From positions 326,049 through 390,048 of the forward strand of contig CAXXMD010000001.1 of NCBI GenBank assembly GCA_963675755.2: a stretch of DNA of 64,000 nucleotides, read 5' to 3'. This document shows, one piece after another, positions 35,838 to 46,261 of the stretch; position 1 is the stretch's first letter; each line of letters starts with the position of its first letter. Both the position numbers and the translations under genes were made by a program. Source of the stretch: a bacterium (GTDB lineage Bacteria > Zhuqueibacterota > Zhuqueibacteria > Residuimicrobiales > Krinioviventaceae). The notes under the pieces are model-generated. The model saw only the letters and a program-made list of their open reading frames with translations, searched no databases and was not told the DNA's origin.

Positions 35838-38159
35838 TTAGCCTTGAATACAGTCCAGACTTTCACCTTTGTTTGTTTTAATTGTTATGATACCCTTTTC
35901 ATCAGGTTCGTATGTGCCTGAATTGTCTTTCAAATTTGAACGGATTTGTATCTTGCTCCACGGGCTTTCAAGTTTTAATGTACCGCCATATAGCGAAGTG
36001 ATTTTGATTTTATCTACTTTATCGTTTTTTTCTGCCGATACCAGAAAACCGCCTTGTGCGCGTAAATTTGTAAAAGATGCGGACTGGTCATTGGGCAGTG
36101 CCGGGAACACGCGGATGATGTCCCCTACGCTTTGCAGCAGCAGTTCGGATATTGCTATACCGGTGCCAAATTGCTCAGTGTAATGGCCATAATCGTTAAA
36201 ACGTCGTTGCGGTACCAGCCGGTTCAGGCTCATGGTTCCGTTGGGTCTGTAACGGGCCAGTATTTCATCATTTAGCCATTTTTCCGTGTCATACATACCG
36301 AGCCGTGCCCTTGTCACGGCCAGCATTATTGTGGCATTGTTTCCGTTCCATTCCAGTTCTTGCAAAGTCCGTTTGAATAACTGTTTTTCACTTTCAGGTG
36401 ACCACCAGTTGACAACATCACATGGAAATACCGGTGTTGTCGGTACGGGCATATTGTAAAGAATAGGTTTGGCATTTTTAACATCAACAATTATTGGATT
36501 ATCATTACCATATAGCGGGTAATCCGGCAAGCGTTCAATACAGTGTTTTAACCGTTTTACCATATCAATATCTGTATTCAGGATTTCTGCACCTTCGATT
36601 GCAGCGTTTAATGTGTAGCGAACAATGGCAATATCAAAAGCGCAGTTGTAATTAAACTCGAGGTGCTTTGTCCATCCATGATGTTCTGGTGAGACTGATG
36701 GCCCCAGTTCGATAGTTTCATCACCCGGGCACTGGTCAATAAAATCCGCGTAAAACAGGGCAGTTTCTCGTATTACGGGATAGACCATGTTTTTCAATCG
36801 CTCAATGTCAGGATCATATTTGTAATGCCACCACATAGGCTGTACACTGAATCCCGTCACACCAATGGTCATGCCCCAGGTGTGATGAATGTATTGTCTG
36901 CCGTTACGGCTTTTGCACAATTCTGGATTCGGAGGTTCATAAGCATACAAAACATGGGGATAATATGCACCGTTCATGTCATAAACCTGTTTTGCGAGCC
37001 ATTTTGCGCGATTCAGATATTCGAACATGAGGCGGTCATAGGGTTCGCATAATTCTGTGTGGTTGGCGGCAAAGGCTGCCCAGTAGGTCTGTTGTATGTT
37101 ATAGTTGGTATGGTAATCACCATGCCATGCAGGGGTATCGTTGATTAGGCCGGCAAACAGACCGGTGGACTGGACCCCGGGTTTGCTGACACAACGCAGA
37201 AAATAGAGAGAACGGTACCAGGTATCCTGTAACAACGTGTTTTGAATTTTGATACCACTTGCGGACCAGAATGTATCCCAAATTTGTTCATGCTCTTTTA
37301 TCAGTTTTTTGCTATTCATCTCTAGTGTCTGCAAGGCAAGCGAGATCGCGTCCTGCAGGTAATTTTCTGATTCTATAGAAGTCACAATAGAAACTGTTTT
37401 TTGTGATGGAGAAGATGCCGCCGCAACTGCGAACTGCATGCCGGGCCAGTCCAGATCTCCGGGAATGCTCTGGGTAAGCCATATAACGCCATCAGTTGTT
37501 CCGGATTCGGCGGGAGGGAGCCCTTTTGATTTGATTGCTTCAAGTTTAATACTGCCCTCGCCATTTATGAGAAAAACATTGCGTTGTGCAAGTGCCCGCA
37601 CCTCTGCCAATGTTTCAATATCCATATCAACCATCCTGACCCTTGCTTTTCGGATATCCAGATCTCCACCTGCATGCAGATTACCTGTTGCATTGTCTGG
37701 TGTGAGAATAACACGCGCGCATTGGCGGGGACAAGGATAAGCGTTTGTATGATAGCTGTCTTCATGTGGCCAGGTGGTGCCTTCTGGAAGCACTGCGGCC
37801 CGGTTGACATTTTTAATGGGAAAACCGGTTTCAGATTTTCCCAGCTTTTTGATGAGATCGAGTGTTGGTATGGGGGGATCGTTTTCTGATTCTACACGGG
37901 CGTCCCACACATCGTTTTTGGTGAGGTTCATGAGAATAGACGCGCTGTCTGAATAAACGAGAGCATTAATGTCTCCGTTGCCAATGATCAGAGATCCATC
38001 CAGAATATTATCAGGATTTTCAACAACGATTACCGCATCATTTAACGCCTGGCTATAGGGAATTGCGGTTTTTTTGTTGTTTGTACAATTTACAAGAATT
38101 ATGAAAAAAATTAGCAACATTGCAGTTATGATTTTGTTCTTCATGGCATTCCCATTCAT
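35838..38159 (-). CDS. GH95-like alpha-L-fucosidase/alpha-L-galactosidase lipoprotein
   Basis: IGNGDI, WHGDYHTNYNIQQTYW, SVSPEH, ELLLQS..IRVFPALP, LRAQGGFLVSA. Confidence 0.75.
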   Translation of the reverse strand: MNGNAMKNKIITAMLLIFFIILVNCTNNKKTAIPYSQALNDAVIVVENPDNILDGSLIIGNGDINALVYSDSASILMNLTKNDVWDARVESENDPPIPTLDLIKKLGKSETGFPIKNVNRAAVLPEGTTWPHEDSYHTNAYPCPRQCARVILTPDNATGNLHAGGDLDIRKARVRMVDMDIETLAEVRALAQRNVFLINGEGSIKLEAIKSKGLPPAESGTTDGVIWLTQSIPGDLDWPGMQFAVAAASSPSQKTVSIVTSIESENYLQDAISLALQTLEMNSKKLIKEHEQIWDTFWSASGIKIQNTLLQDTWYRSLYFLRCVSKPGVQSTGLFAGLINDTPAWHGDYHTNYNIQQTYWAAFAANHTELCEPYDRLMFEYLNRAKWLAKQVYDMNGAYYPHVLYAYEPPNPELCKSRNGRQYIHHTWGMTIGVTGFSVQPMWWHYKYDPDIERLKNMVYPVIRETALFYADFIDQCPGDETIELGPSVSPEHHGWTKHLEFNYNCAFDIAIVRYTLNAAIEGAEILNTDIDMVKRLKHCIERLPDYPLYGNDNPIIVDVKNAKPILYNMPVPTTPVFPCDVVNWWSPESEKQLFKRTLQELEWNGNNATIMLAVTRARLGMYDTEKWLNDEILARYRPNGTMSLNRLVPQRRFNDYGHYTEQFGTGIAISELLLQSVGDIIRVFPALPNDQSASFTNLRAQGGFLVSAEKNDKVDKIKITSLYGGTLKLESPWSKIQIRSNLKDNSGTYEPDEKGIITIKTNKGESLDCIQG

Positions 38160-38234
38160 GGCTGATGGATTAAATAAACATTTTCTGATTTCAAACAGTT
38201 CATGGTATTAACTTGAATAATTACCGGTTGATGA

Positions 38235-38268
38235 AAACAAAAAGCAGGAAATTTCCTGCTTTTTGTTT
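38235..38268. terminator. Intrinsic terminator (symmetric)
   Basis: AAACAAAAAGCAGGAA-AT-TTCCTGCTTTTTGTTT. Confidence 0.8.
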
Positions 38269-38306
38269 GAATTTAATCTGAAAACTACCTGTGGCATTTG
38301 GGGATG

Positions 38307-39824
38307 TTATACTTCTTCTACTACTTTCCAACCTACCTGATCGGCCAGTGCATAAGCCTGCTCTTTTAGATCACCGTAATAAGTTACACGGTGCCAGCTC
38401 CAATCGCCCCAGTTTGTCACGAGCTTGTCGATATCTCCAACCGGTTCGGCGCAAAGTTTTGTGCGGCAGGCGCGGTCATCGGGATCGTTGTCTACTGCAA
38501 CAGCCTGGTGCAAGGATATCTCTTTGCGTTCAGGTATAAGCTCCAGTGTTGTAGTCAAATAGCCGGTGGGTAATACAGACCTAACACATGCACCTTGCCG
38601 GTCCTCGGAATGTGTCATGATGCTGTAAGGATTGGTACTGCCATCCGGGCCGAACACCTTGTTTGAGGCAACGCAGTGCGCGTATATAATCTGACCTTTG
38701 GCTGTGTCAATTACCGGATCAGAGATGTATCCGGGTCTGCCTTTAGTCATTGTTGTAAAGGCAACCATAGTTGCTGTAGAACTGGTATCACACTCGCATG
38801 CACCAATCAAACCTTCATTGTTTAGTTCATGGAACCCGAGGCAGGGATACGCATGAATGTGACCGCCATAAAATCCGCCAAGACAGTTGATAGTAATGGC
38901 ATTGGCGTTGTGCTTTTTCAATACATCTTTCATACCCAGGTAGAATGCTGCCGAGTTGACAATGGTTTTTTCCGGTACGTCAATAACCTTTTCCGCGTTA
39001 TTCATCCAGCGTGCTGCCACAGATTTCGCCTCATCCCGGTCTGCTTTTTTCCAGGCTTTGTTTACTTCTGCAAAGGCAATGCGTTCTATAGGAATGCCCA
39101 TAATGGCGTCTGCCGGTCCTGACTCCTGGTTACGGATGGCCAGTATTTTCGATGCGTGTAGTTGTTCAATACAATCTTTGGTATCCAGAGTGGTTAACGG
39201 ATCGTCTATAAATTCTGCGCCTGATGGTTTTTTAGTGTTTTTGACACGTACTTTTGTAACATTAGCTGCAAAATTTTCAGAGGTGCTTTTACCAAAGCAT
39301 TTTACTGCTTTGACCAGGTCATTAATATCGGATGATGCTACCAATCCGAGGTTGGGGGTTCCATTTTCCGTGAATCGACTGGAATAGATCAAAAAACCGC
39401 CACTGCCGCCAAACTGGAAATCGGCATACAATGTAGGTTTGCCGCTTGCGGCGATTGTTTGCACTACCTTGTTCCAACAGTTCATCTGATAGACCAGATA
39501 TCCGTCAATAGCCTGGTCTGCATCTGCTTTTAACAGTTTTTCCGCCTCCTCAGGGCCATTTGCCATGGATGAGACAAATTCAAAATGGGGTATCTCTTTT
39601 TGCAGCGTACCGGTAATGCGTTCCATGTGGGGATTAAAATCAAATCCTACATTGGGCCAATCCGGTTTTTCCTGAACCGGTCCATGCAGTGAATAGATAA
39701 TATGGATTTTCTTTTTTTCTTTTGAACAGGATGCCAGGGGAGCAGCCGCACAGAATGCGGCACAACCAGCGCAACGCCCCATAAAAGCCCGCCGGTCAAG
39801 GGTGGAACTGTTGTTAAAACTCAT
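38307..39824 (-). CDS. L-fucose/L-arabinose isomerase-like protein with a Tat signal
   Basis: DRRAFMG signal; ITINCL, PCLGF, ACECD, YAHC, CRTK and HRVTYYGD motifs of the FucI/AraA-like family. Confidence 0.7.
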   Translation of the reverse strand: MSFNNSSTLDRRAFMGRCAGCAAFCAAAPLASCSKEKKKIHIIYSLHGPVQEKPDWPNVGFDFNPHMERITGTLQKEIPHFEFVSSMANGPEEAEKLLKADADQAIDGYLVYQMNCWNKVVQTIAASGKPTLYADFQFGGSGGFLIYSSRFTENGTPNLGLVASSDINDLVKAVKCFGKSTSENFAANVTKVRVKNTKKPSGAEFIDDPLTTLDTKDCIEQLHASKILAIRNQESGPADAIMGIPIERIAFAEVNKAWKKADRDEAKSVAARWMNNAEKVIDVPEKTIVNSAAFYLGMKDVLKKHNANAITINCLGGFYGGHIHAYPCLGFHELNNEGLIGACECDTSSTATMVAFTTMTKGRPGYISDPVIDTAKGQIIYAHCVASNKVFGPDGSTNPYSIMTHSEDRQGACVRSVLPTGYLTTTLELIPERKEISLHQAVAVDNDPDDRACRTKLCAEPVGDIDKLVTNWGDWSWHRVTYYGDLKEQAYALADQVGWKVVEEV

Positions 39825-39996
39825 GCACTTCTCCTTAAATTTTAATATATATGAAAACAGGATTTTACAGCATGGTTATAATATGAATATGTATAGGTAG
39901 TGGAGAATAATATATAACTAAATATAGTCAATATTTTTATAAAGGCAAGGGGAAATGTTTTGGAATCAATATAAATTGTGGATGTGAAAATGAGGA

Positions 39997-40815
39997 CTAA
40001 AAATACTGTTCATACCCAATTGGATCACCATATTCATAAATATCAATAATCGTTTTATTATTTACAGTTACTTGCCAATAATGTTTGAAAATACAACCAC
40101 AGAAACAATCTCCCCAGCCGTATGTAAAAAGATATGTCCTGCTACTGCCATCCTTTAACAATTTGGGATTAGGGATGATAGAATGTGCATAGTTTCTATC
40201 TACATATATGAATTCATTTGTTTTTTTCAATTGTTGAATGGGTACATTCAAATTCATAGGTTTATGTGCCAGCAGAAAAAAATCATACTTTGATGAAGAC
40301 CAGGATTGCCTAATCTCTACCTTTAAATTAAATTGTTTAATGATAGCATCTATTGACTCTATTCCAGATTCCTGTTTGCCGTTTAACCAGCTTTGGGCCC
40401 ATGTTTTGCTGGTATCAACAGCCATCAATCCTTGTGTCAGATATTTAGAGTCAGGGAAATGCATATAACGGTTGTATTTCCCAAAGTTGGTGTTAGAATT
40501 TGTCAGGGTTGTATATATTGTGATAAAGTCTTTGTAATATTTTTGTACATCTTCTTCGTCCAGCCAGGGATTGGTATAATAAATCCTTTCATCTTTTTGC
40601 ATTTGTTCAATTGCGAGGTTTTGTGCGTCGGAATAGAGCACTGCTTTCAATGAATCATTCATCATAACCCTGGAGTTATATATTTCTATTTCTTCAGGAT
40701 CAACTGAATAGTTTGTGCAGGAAATGATAACCAGTAATAGTTGTAAATAAAGCATTTTGTTCATGTTTGTCCCCAAAGTGCAATTTTGATTTAGTATATA
40801 CCTGAGATGGAGCAA
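39997..40815 (-). CDS. Hypothetical lipoprotein
   Basis: Likely start MNKMLY..IISC lipobox; C-terminal YGWGDCFCGCIFKHYW motif. Confidence 0.6.
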   Translation of the reverse strand: MLHLRYILNQNCTLGTNMNKMLYLQLLLVIISCTNYSVDPEEIEIYNSRVMMNDSLKAVLYSDAQNLAIEQMQKDERIYYTNPWLDEEDVQKYYKDFITIYTTLTNSNTNFGKYNRYMHFPDSKYLTQGLMAVDTSKTWAQSWLNGKQESGIESIDAIIKQFNLKVEIRQSWSSSKYDFFLLAHKPMNLNVPIQQLKKTNEFIYVDRNYAHSIIPNPKLLKDGSSRTYLFTYGWGDCFCGCIFKHYWQVTVNNKTIIDIYEYGDPIGYEQYF

Positions 40816-40830
40816 AAAGTTCCTGCTTGA

Positions 40831-42087
40831 TTATTTTTTCTTTTTCTGCCAGTAATTGGCCAGCATCGAGCCGGTGGCATTCATCCAGGGGCCCCAGATG
40901 GCGGGAGCCAGTGCGGTGTTGGCAGAGTTGAGCACGGTCATTGCCAAACCGGATGCCATTCCGCTGTTCTGCATGCCCACTTCAAACGCAATGGTGCGGC
41001 ATGTTTGAGTATCCTGGCGGGCAGCACGGGCAATCCAATATCCCAGAATATAGCCCATAAAATTATGAATGATGGATGTAGCTATTAACAACATTCCCAC
41101 GGACATTAGCTTTTCGCTGGACCGTGCGGTAATGATGGCAATAATAAGACAAATACCCAGCATAGAGATGAACGGCAGCGCCCGGTCCATCCAGTTTGAA
41201 GGACCTTTGAGCCAGATCCCAATAATCAGTTTGAGCAGGGCAGTAGAGGCAATCAACGCGAATCCCAGAATCAATCCGCTTTTCAGCGGCAGCATGACTC
41301 CAAATACGGCAGGATTTATAAAGATGCAGATCAATGACAACGCAAATCCGGTCAATGCTATCAGAGCAAGCGGCAGCGCCCGATTATAGATTTTAGATTT
41401 ACTGTATAAAATCTTGTTGGCGATCAATCCTGCAACAATGGGCACGATGATCATATTCAAAATAGAAAGCATCATGGCGGTAAAATTGATGGGTACCATT
41501 TTGCCGGCAAGGGTTTTCATGAGAAACGGGGTCATAATGGGGGACAAGAGCGTTGAAAAGGAAGTCATGGTAACAGAAAGGGCAACATTACCACCGGCAA
41601 TATATACCATAAGATTCGAGGCTACGCCTCCGGGACAAGAACCCACCAATACAACACCCGCAGCTATTTCCGGTTCCAGTCCGAACAACAAAGCGATTGA
41701 TATGCCCAACAGGGGCATAATACTGTATTGCAAAATCAGACCGATAAACACCGGGATTGGCATTTTGATGACACGGGAAAAATCCTGAACATTCAGAGTC
41801 GTACCCATACCAAACATGATGATCTGGATCAGCGGTACAATCAAAAGTCCCAAATTAAATCCGAACCAGTTTCCAAACAGCCCCGGCCACACCAAGGATG
41901 CGGTTACAAAAACGAGCACCCATATGGTAAACGTAAAATTTTTTAACACGGGATGTGACCTGAAATAAAGGCTCATTGATATAAACATAAATACCAGTGT
42001 ATAACCCATGTATGCTGTATGTCCGGAAAACCATAATCCAAGCGATAGTAATAATAAAAACGCGGCCACATATCCGAGCTGTTTCAT
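40831..42087 (-). CDS. Bile acid:sodium symporter (BASS) family transporter
   Basis: IMFGMG, QYSIMP, CPGGVASN, GNVALSVTMT, EVGMQNSG. Confidence 0.9.
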   Translation of the reverse strand: MKQLGYVAAFLLLLSLGLWFSGHTAYMGYTLVFMFISMSLYFRSHPVLKNFTFTIWVLVFVTASLVWPGLFGNWFGFNLGLLIVPLIQIIMFGMGTTLNVQDFSRVIKMPIPVFIGLILQYSIMPLLGISIALLFGLEPEIAAGVVLVGSCPGGVASNLMVYIAGGNVALSVTMTSFSTLLSPIMTPFLMKTLAGKMVPINFTAMMLSILNMIIVPIVAGLIANKILYSKSKIYNRALPLALIALTGFALSLICIFINPAVFGVMLPLKSGLILGFALIASTALLKLIIGIWLKGPSNWMDRALPFISMLGICLIIAIITARSSEKLMSVGMLLIATSIIHNFMGYILGYWIARAARQDTQTCRTIAFEVGMQNSGMASGLAMTVLNSANTALAPAIWGPWMNATGSMLANYWQKKKK

Positions 42088-42225
42088 ATTATATCCTGTT
42101 ATGAGGGAATGTTGATTGTAGTTGTTGGTGAATTATTAATAAAATACGATGAAAAAGGGGGGATTGCAAGGATTGAATTGAAATTTTCTTCCAATTTATT
42201 AGACCCAATTATGAAAATTATATTA

Positions 42226-42403
42226 TTGCATACCTACGGCATGCTGATACTCTCTTTTATATTTCTACAAAGATTTTGTCCCTAACGGGACAATTGAACC
42301 ATTCATGTTGATCAGTTCAAGTCTGTATATGTTGGGCCCCGCAAGGGGCCAGATATTTGTAGAAATTGAATATGATATATATAGCGTGCCGTCAGGTACG
42401 CAA
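42226..42403. repeat. REP/MITE-like nested inverted-repeat element, family D
   Basis: Outer TTGCATACCTACGGCATGCT/AGCGTGCCGTCAGGTACGCAA; inner TTTCTACAAA/TTTGTAGAAA; small hairpins GTCCCTAACGGGAC and GGCCCCGCAAGGGGCC. Confidence 0.75.
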
Positions 42404-42474
42404 CTTTAATAAATTTCAAGAATAATGTATGAATGAATTAGAGAATTATTTTGGTGGATTTTGGGTAAATCAAA

Positions 42475-42503
42475 ATCACTCCGGGTGTTTTTCCCGGAGT
42501 GAT
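42475..42503 (-). terminator. Terminator of the B12-uptake operon
   Basis: ATCACTCCGGG...CCCGGAGTGAT hairpin, followed by T-run on the minus strand. Confidence 0.65.
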
Positions 42504-42509
42504 AAAATA

Positions 42510-43895
42510 TTAGCGTATCAATGTCATTTTACGCATTGTTTTAATATTGTCTACATGTAATTCGTAATAATAGATTCCGCTTGCTACGGGGGATTGGTTT
42601 ACATCACAACCGTTCCACTCGATCTGGTATGAACCGGCGGCTTGCGTTTGATGGACCAGCGTATTGATTCGCTGTCCCATATTGTTGTAAACAGATAACT
42701 TTACTTTTGATTGCTGCGATATGGAATAACAGATTGTGGTGGTCGGATTAAAGGGGTTTGGATAGTTTTGAGATAACTCAAATGAACATGGAGTTTGGGT
42801 CTGTTGCTGTATCCCGGTAGGATCTCCCTCAATGGCTTCCAGAATGACCAGGTCTTTGGTTCCATTGCCTATTACATCAGATTCCCAGATGATAGTATCC
42901 TGTTGTACATCAAATTTTTGCACATGACCGTCACCACCCCATTCTTTCATAAAAGGCACCCATATCACATCCAGCGAGTTGTCATAATACAGGCGTTGCA
43001 GGTTGGGGCCAACCAGAATGGGATTTGATGCATCATGTAAAACCATACCGGTATTGGCATCGTAAGAACAGATATAACCATTCACACCATCGCCCCAGGC
43101 GGGGCAATAGCCTTTGCCATCAGCAGTAACCACAATATCTCCGGGAGTAAAGGGAGTGGTATGTTCAGCGTTATGCCAGCCAAAATCCACCGTATCCACA
43201 GCGGCGGGGGTGTTTTGATTGTCATCCGTATGCAGGTCAATAATCACCACAGAACCGGAAACCGTTGCATAATCACCGGTGCATACCACATTCAATCGCC
43301 CATCCGGAGCTATTGCAACATCCTGTGCATTGACAGGTGTGTTTACCGTATGGATTACCATGTCACTTTCCGAGTCAATTATGGAAACAGAAGATTGTTC
43401 ATATGGCATTCCCCAGCCGGCGTAACCGGTATTGGTCACAAATGCCTTGCCGTCTTTACAAAGAATCCCTTCAGGTGCTACACCCACTGATATCTCACCC
43501 GTTACCGAGCCGGTTGAGAGATCGATAATAGAAACCGTGTTGGCAACATAGTTTGTAACATAGGCTTTATCTGAATCCGGGAACGCGATAGCCCAGGGAT
43601 TACTGCCCTCAGCTAGTGCAATGGTTTGGATGACCTGGTTATTTTGCTGCGGATCAATAACCATAATATCATCAGTGCCTGAATTGACGATATAGATTAA
43701 ATCATTAAATGCCACTAGCTGATTTGGCATTTGTCCGGTTGTCACAATATTAGACTTGATACTGAAATCATCCATTGACATGATTGATACCGTTTCAGCG
43801 GATTCGTTCAGCGTGTAAAGTGTTCTCGGAATGTCTGCAAATGCGCAAGCGTAAATTAACAGAACCATAAACAACAGACATCTTTTGGGATACAT
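42510..43895 (-). CDS. YncE/BtuG-like beta-propeller with FlgD-Ig C-terminal domain; putative cobalamin-capture protein
   Basis: YVTN repeats (KAYVTNY..VSIIDL, VGVAPEG); NYPNPFNP tail; directly downstream of the riboswitch-controlled TonB receptor. Confidence 0.75.
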   Translation of the reverse strand: MYPKRCLLFMVLLIYACAFADIPRTLYTLNESAETVSIMSMDDFSIKSNIVTTGQMPNQLVAFNDLIYIVNSGTDDIMVIDPQQNNQVIQTIALAEGSNPWAIAFPDSDKAYVTNYVANTVSIIDLSTGSVTGEISVGVAPEGILCKDGKAFVTNTGYAGWGMPYEQSSVSIIDSESDMVIHTVNTPVNAQDVAIAPDGRLNVVCTGDYATVSGSVVIIDLHTDDNQNTPAAVDTVDFGWHNAEHTTPFTPGDIVVTADGKGYCPAWGDGVNGYICSYDANTGMVLHDASNPILVGPNLQRLYYDNSLDVIWVPFMKEWGGDGHVQKFDVQQDTIIWESDVIGNGTKDLVILEAIEGDPTGIQQQTQTPCSFELSQNYPNPFNPTTTICYSISQQSKVKLSVYNNMGQRINTLVHQTQAAGSYQIEWNGCDVNQSPVASGIYYYELHVDNIKTMRKMTLIR

Positions 43896-43914
43896 GTTCC
43901 CTCCTTGTAAAAGA

Positions 43915-46194
43915 TTAATAGTTCACTACCAGACCCAATCGCCATTCCCGTCCGGGCATGGGCATGTCCCGAATGGTTTCATATCGGGTATTGGATATAT
44001 TGTAAATAGAAAATTTGAGTATCAGCGTTGTTTGACAGACTTGCCGGGTTATGGAACCATTCAGGTCCCACACCTCATAAGAATCCAGCCAGCGGGTATT
44101 GGCCTCATTCACAAATCGCTTACCTACCTGACGATAGTCTAAACCCAGTTCCGTATTGAAAAAATGACCTGCAAGGGTCCCTTTGAATGTATTCTGTGGA
44201 CGATAGGGGATGATCATATCGCGGGTAGTTAGATTGTCGCTTTTGTTGAACGGGTCCAGATCTGAGTAGCTGATATTGAAATGAAACCAGTCATTGGGCG
44301 TATCCATTGAAATCAGATATTCTGTGCCAGAGATTTCTGCATGGGTGTTGTATGGACTGAATACTTCAAAGCTCCCCAAACGCCAGACTATCAAATTGTC
44401 GATTTTGTTTTTAAACGTGCTGATTTCCATTCTCATGGAAAATGGAGTGAAAAGCTCAAATCCTGCACCCGCTTCGGTTTGAATACTTTTTTCGGGCAGC
44501 AAATCAGGATTCCCATCAATGCGAACGTCCTGATAAAACAGGTCCGCAAAAGTGGGTACCCGAAATGTGCGTGCATAACCGGATTTGATGTATATGCGTT
44601 TTTCGTTTCCCGCGGAAATGCGGCTATTAATAGCCGGGCCCCAATGTTTATCAATTCGTTCATCATCATAACCCGAACTGGTACTGTTGCGAATATCATA
44701 ACGCAGGGAAGGAGAGAGGCTCCAGTTTATCTGGTTACGGATTGGAATAATGATCTGTGGATTTATAAAAAATCCGTTTGCGGTTTCGTCCGCCTGTTGC
44801 TTTATGGGATTTAATACGGGCATCAGATTTTCATTATCGTATTGTTGTTTTCTGAATGTATGTCCTGTTGTGAAATCGAGCCAGGAAAAAGGACTTGTGT
44901 TGAATTCGCTGTTGACAATAGTTTGTTCCAGAATGTATTGATAATGATATTGCGGATAGCGTTTGTATTTCAGTTCTACATCATCCGGATACAGATTGCG
45001 GTTCTCGGTAACGGTTTCCATATATCTTGGTTGTATCTTGAGATTAAAGCGCTGGTGGTTCCATTGATAATCCATTCCCCAGCCGGTTTGATCATATTGA
45101 ATTCTTGCATAGGGAGTCCATCCGTCGATTTTTCCGGGTATACCTCGGTCAGAATCAAGATTTTGGTATTGTAATGCCAGATTGTGGTTTTTGATCTGAT
45201 ACCCGGTACGCAGAAACAGGTTTTGAGTTTCTATGTCTGCATTTATCCGGTCTTCCTTGATGGTCTGATGATCCGAATCTTTATATTCATATGGGTAATT
45301 GCCATCGTTACTATGATATTGATATGTTGCCAGATAGCTCCAATTTTTAATTTGACCTGAAACCGAAGGAGAGATGCTGTTGTATCCCCAGGCACCGGTA
45401 CGGTATTCCAGATGCAGGTTGTTTTGGATATCTTTGCGTGTGATGATATTTACAGCCCCGGCAAGTGCACCTGTACCAAATCGACTGGCGCTTGTACCCT
45501 TGTGGATTTCTATCTTTTCAATCATGTTAACCGGAACCATTGATAAATCGGCATCTCCACTGGATTGATTATTCAGGGGGACCCCATCCAGCAAAACCAA
45601 TACCTGGTTACTCTGGCTGCCACGGATAGATATTTTTTTCGCCCCGCTACCGCTTTCGTCTGTTATTTCAATTCCGGGTACCTGTGCAATTAACTCGGCG
45701 GCATTATCGGCAGTTTTGTTTGTTGTTTCATCTATGCGGATCGTCCAGACATCAATACCCGGTGAGTCGGTCCATTTTTCAGCATTAATATTAACATCCG
45801 GCATGGTTAGAATGCGGGGTACAAGCCGGATGTCTATTTGTGTGGCTTGATCTTTTAATACATGTAAATCATAACGGGTTTGTTTCTCATAGGCGATATG
45901 TTCAAATGTCAGAGAATAGGTACCTTCAAGCAGGTTCTTGATCTCAAAATGTCCCTGCCGATTGGTAATGGTGCCGGTCCCGCTGTTTTGAACAGATATA
46001 TTAACGCCTTGAACGGGCATGCCGGTTTCTGTATCGGTTACGGTACCCTGTAACTTGATGTCAGATTGGGAATAGAGATGTGTGGAAAATAACAATACCG
46101 CAATACATGCGAGAAATGTTATTTTGGAGAATAGTAATTTGAACAAGCAGAATACACATTTGTGTACCCTGATTGCAGGATTCACGGATTTCAA
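43915..46194 (-). CDS. TonB-dependent receptor, probable cobalamin transporter (BtuB-like)
   Basis: N-terminal carboxypeptidase-like domain; plug ISIRGS..QVLVLLDGVP; FRVPTFADLF, GNPDLLPE, PMPGREW; cobalamin riboswitch upstream. Confidence 0.88.
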   Translation of the reverse strand: MKSVNPAIRVHKCVFCLFKLLFSKITFLACIAVLLFSTHLYSQSDIKLQGTVTDTETGMPVQGVNISVQNSGTGTITNRQGHFEIKNLLEGTYSLTFEHIAYEKQTRYDLHVLKDQATQIDIRLVPRILTMPDVNINAEKWTDSPGIDVWTIRIDETTNKTADNAAELIAQVPGIEITDESGSGAKKISIRGSQSNQVLVLLDGVPLNNQSSGDADLSMVPVNMIEKIEIHKGTSASRFGTGALAGAVNIITRKDIQNNLHLEYRTGAWGYNSISPSVSGQIKNWSYLATYQYHSNDGNYPYEYKDSDHQTIKEDRINADIETQNLFLRTGYQIKNHNLALQYQNLDSDRGIPGKIDGWTPYARIQYDQTGWGMDYQWNHQRFNLKIQPRYMETVTENRNLYPDDVELKYKRYPQYHYQYILEQTIVNSEFNTSPFSWLDFTTGHTFRKQQYDNENLMPVLNPIKQQADETANGFFINPQIIIPIRNQINWSLSPSLRYDIRNSTSSGYDDERIDKHWGPAINSRISAGNEKRIYIKSGYARTFRVPTFADLFYQDVRIDGNPDLLPEKSIQTEAGAGFELFTPFSMRMEISTFKNKIDNLIVWRLGSFEVFSPYNTHAEISGTEYLISMDTPNDWFHFNISYSDLDPFNKSDNLTTRDMIIPYRPQNTFKGTLAGHFFNTELGLDYRQVGKRFVNEANTRWLDSYEVWDLNGSITRQVCQTTLILKFSIYNISNTRYETIRDMPMPGREWRLGLVVNY

Positions 46195-46261
46195 ACCTCA
46201 CCCTCGAAGGTTGAAAATGAAAGCAGAAAGGCTGTACTGCAAAATGGATTAGATCATGGCC

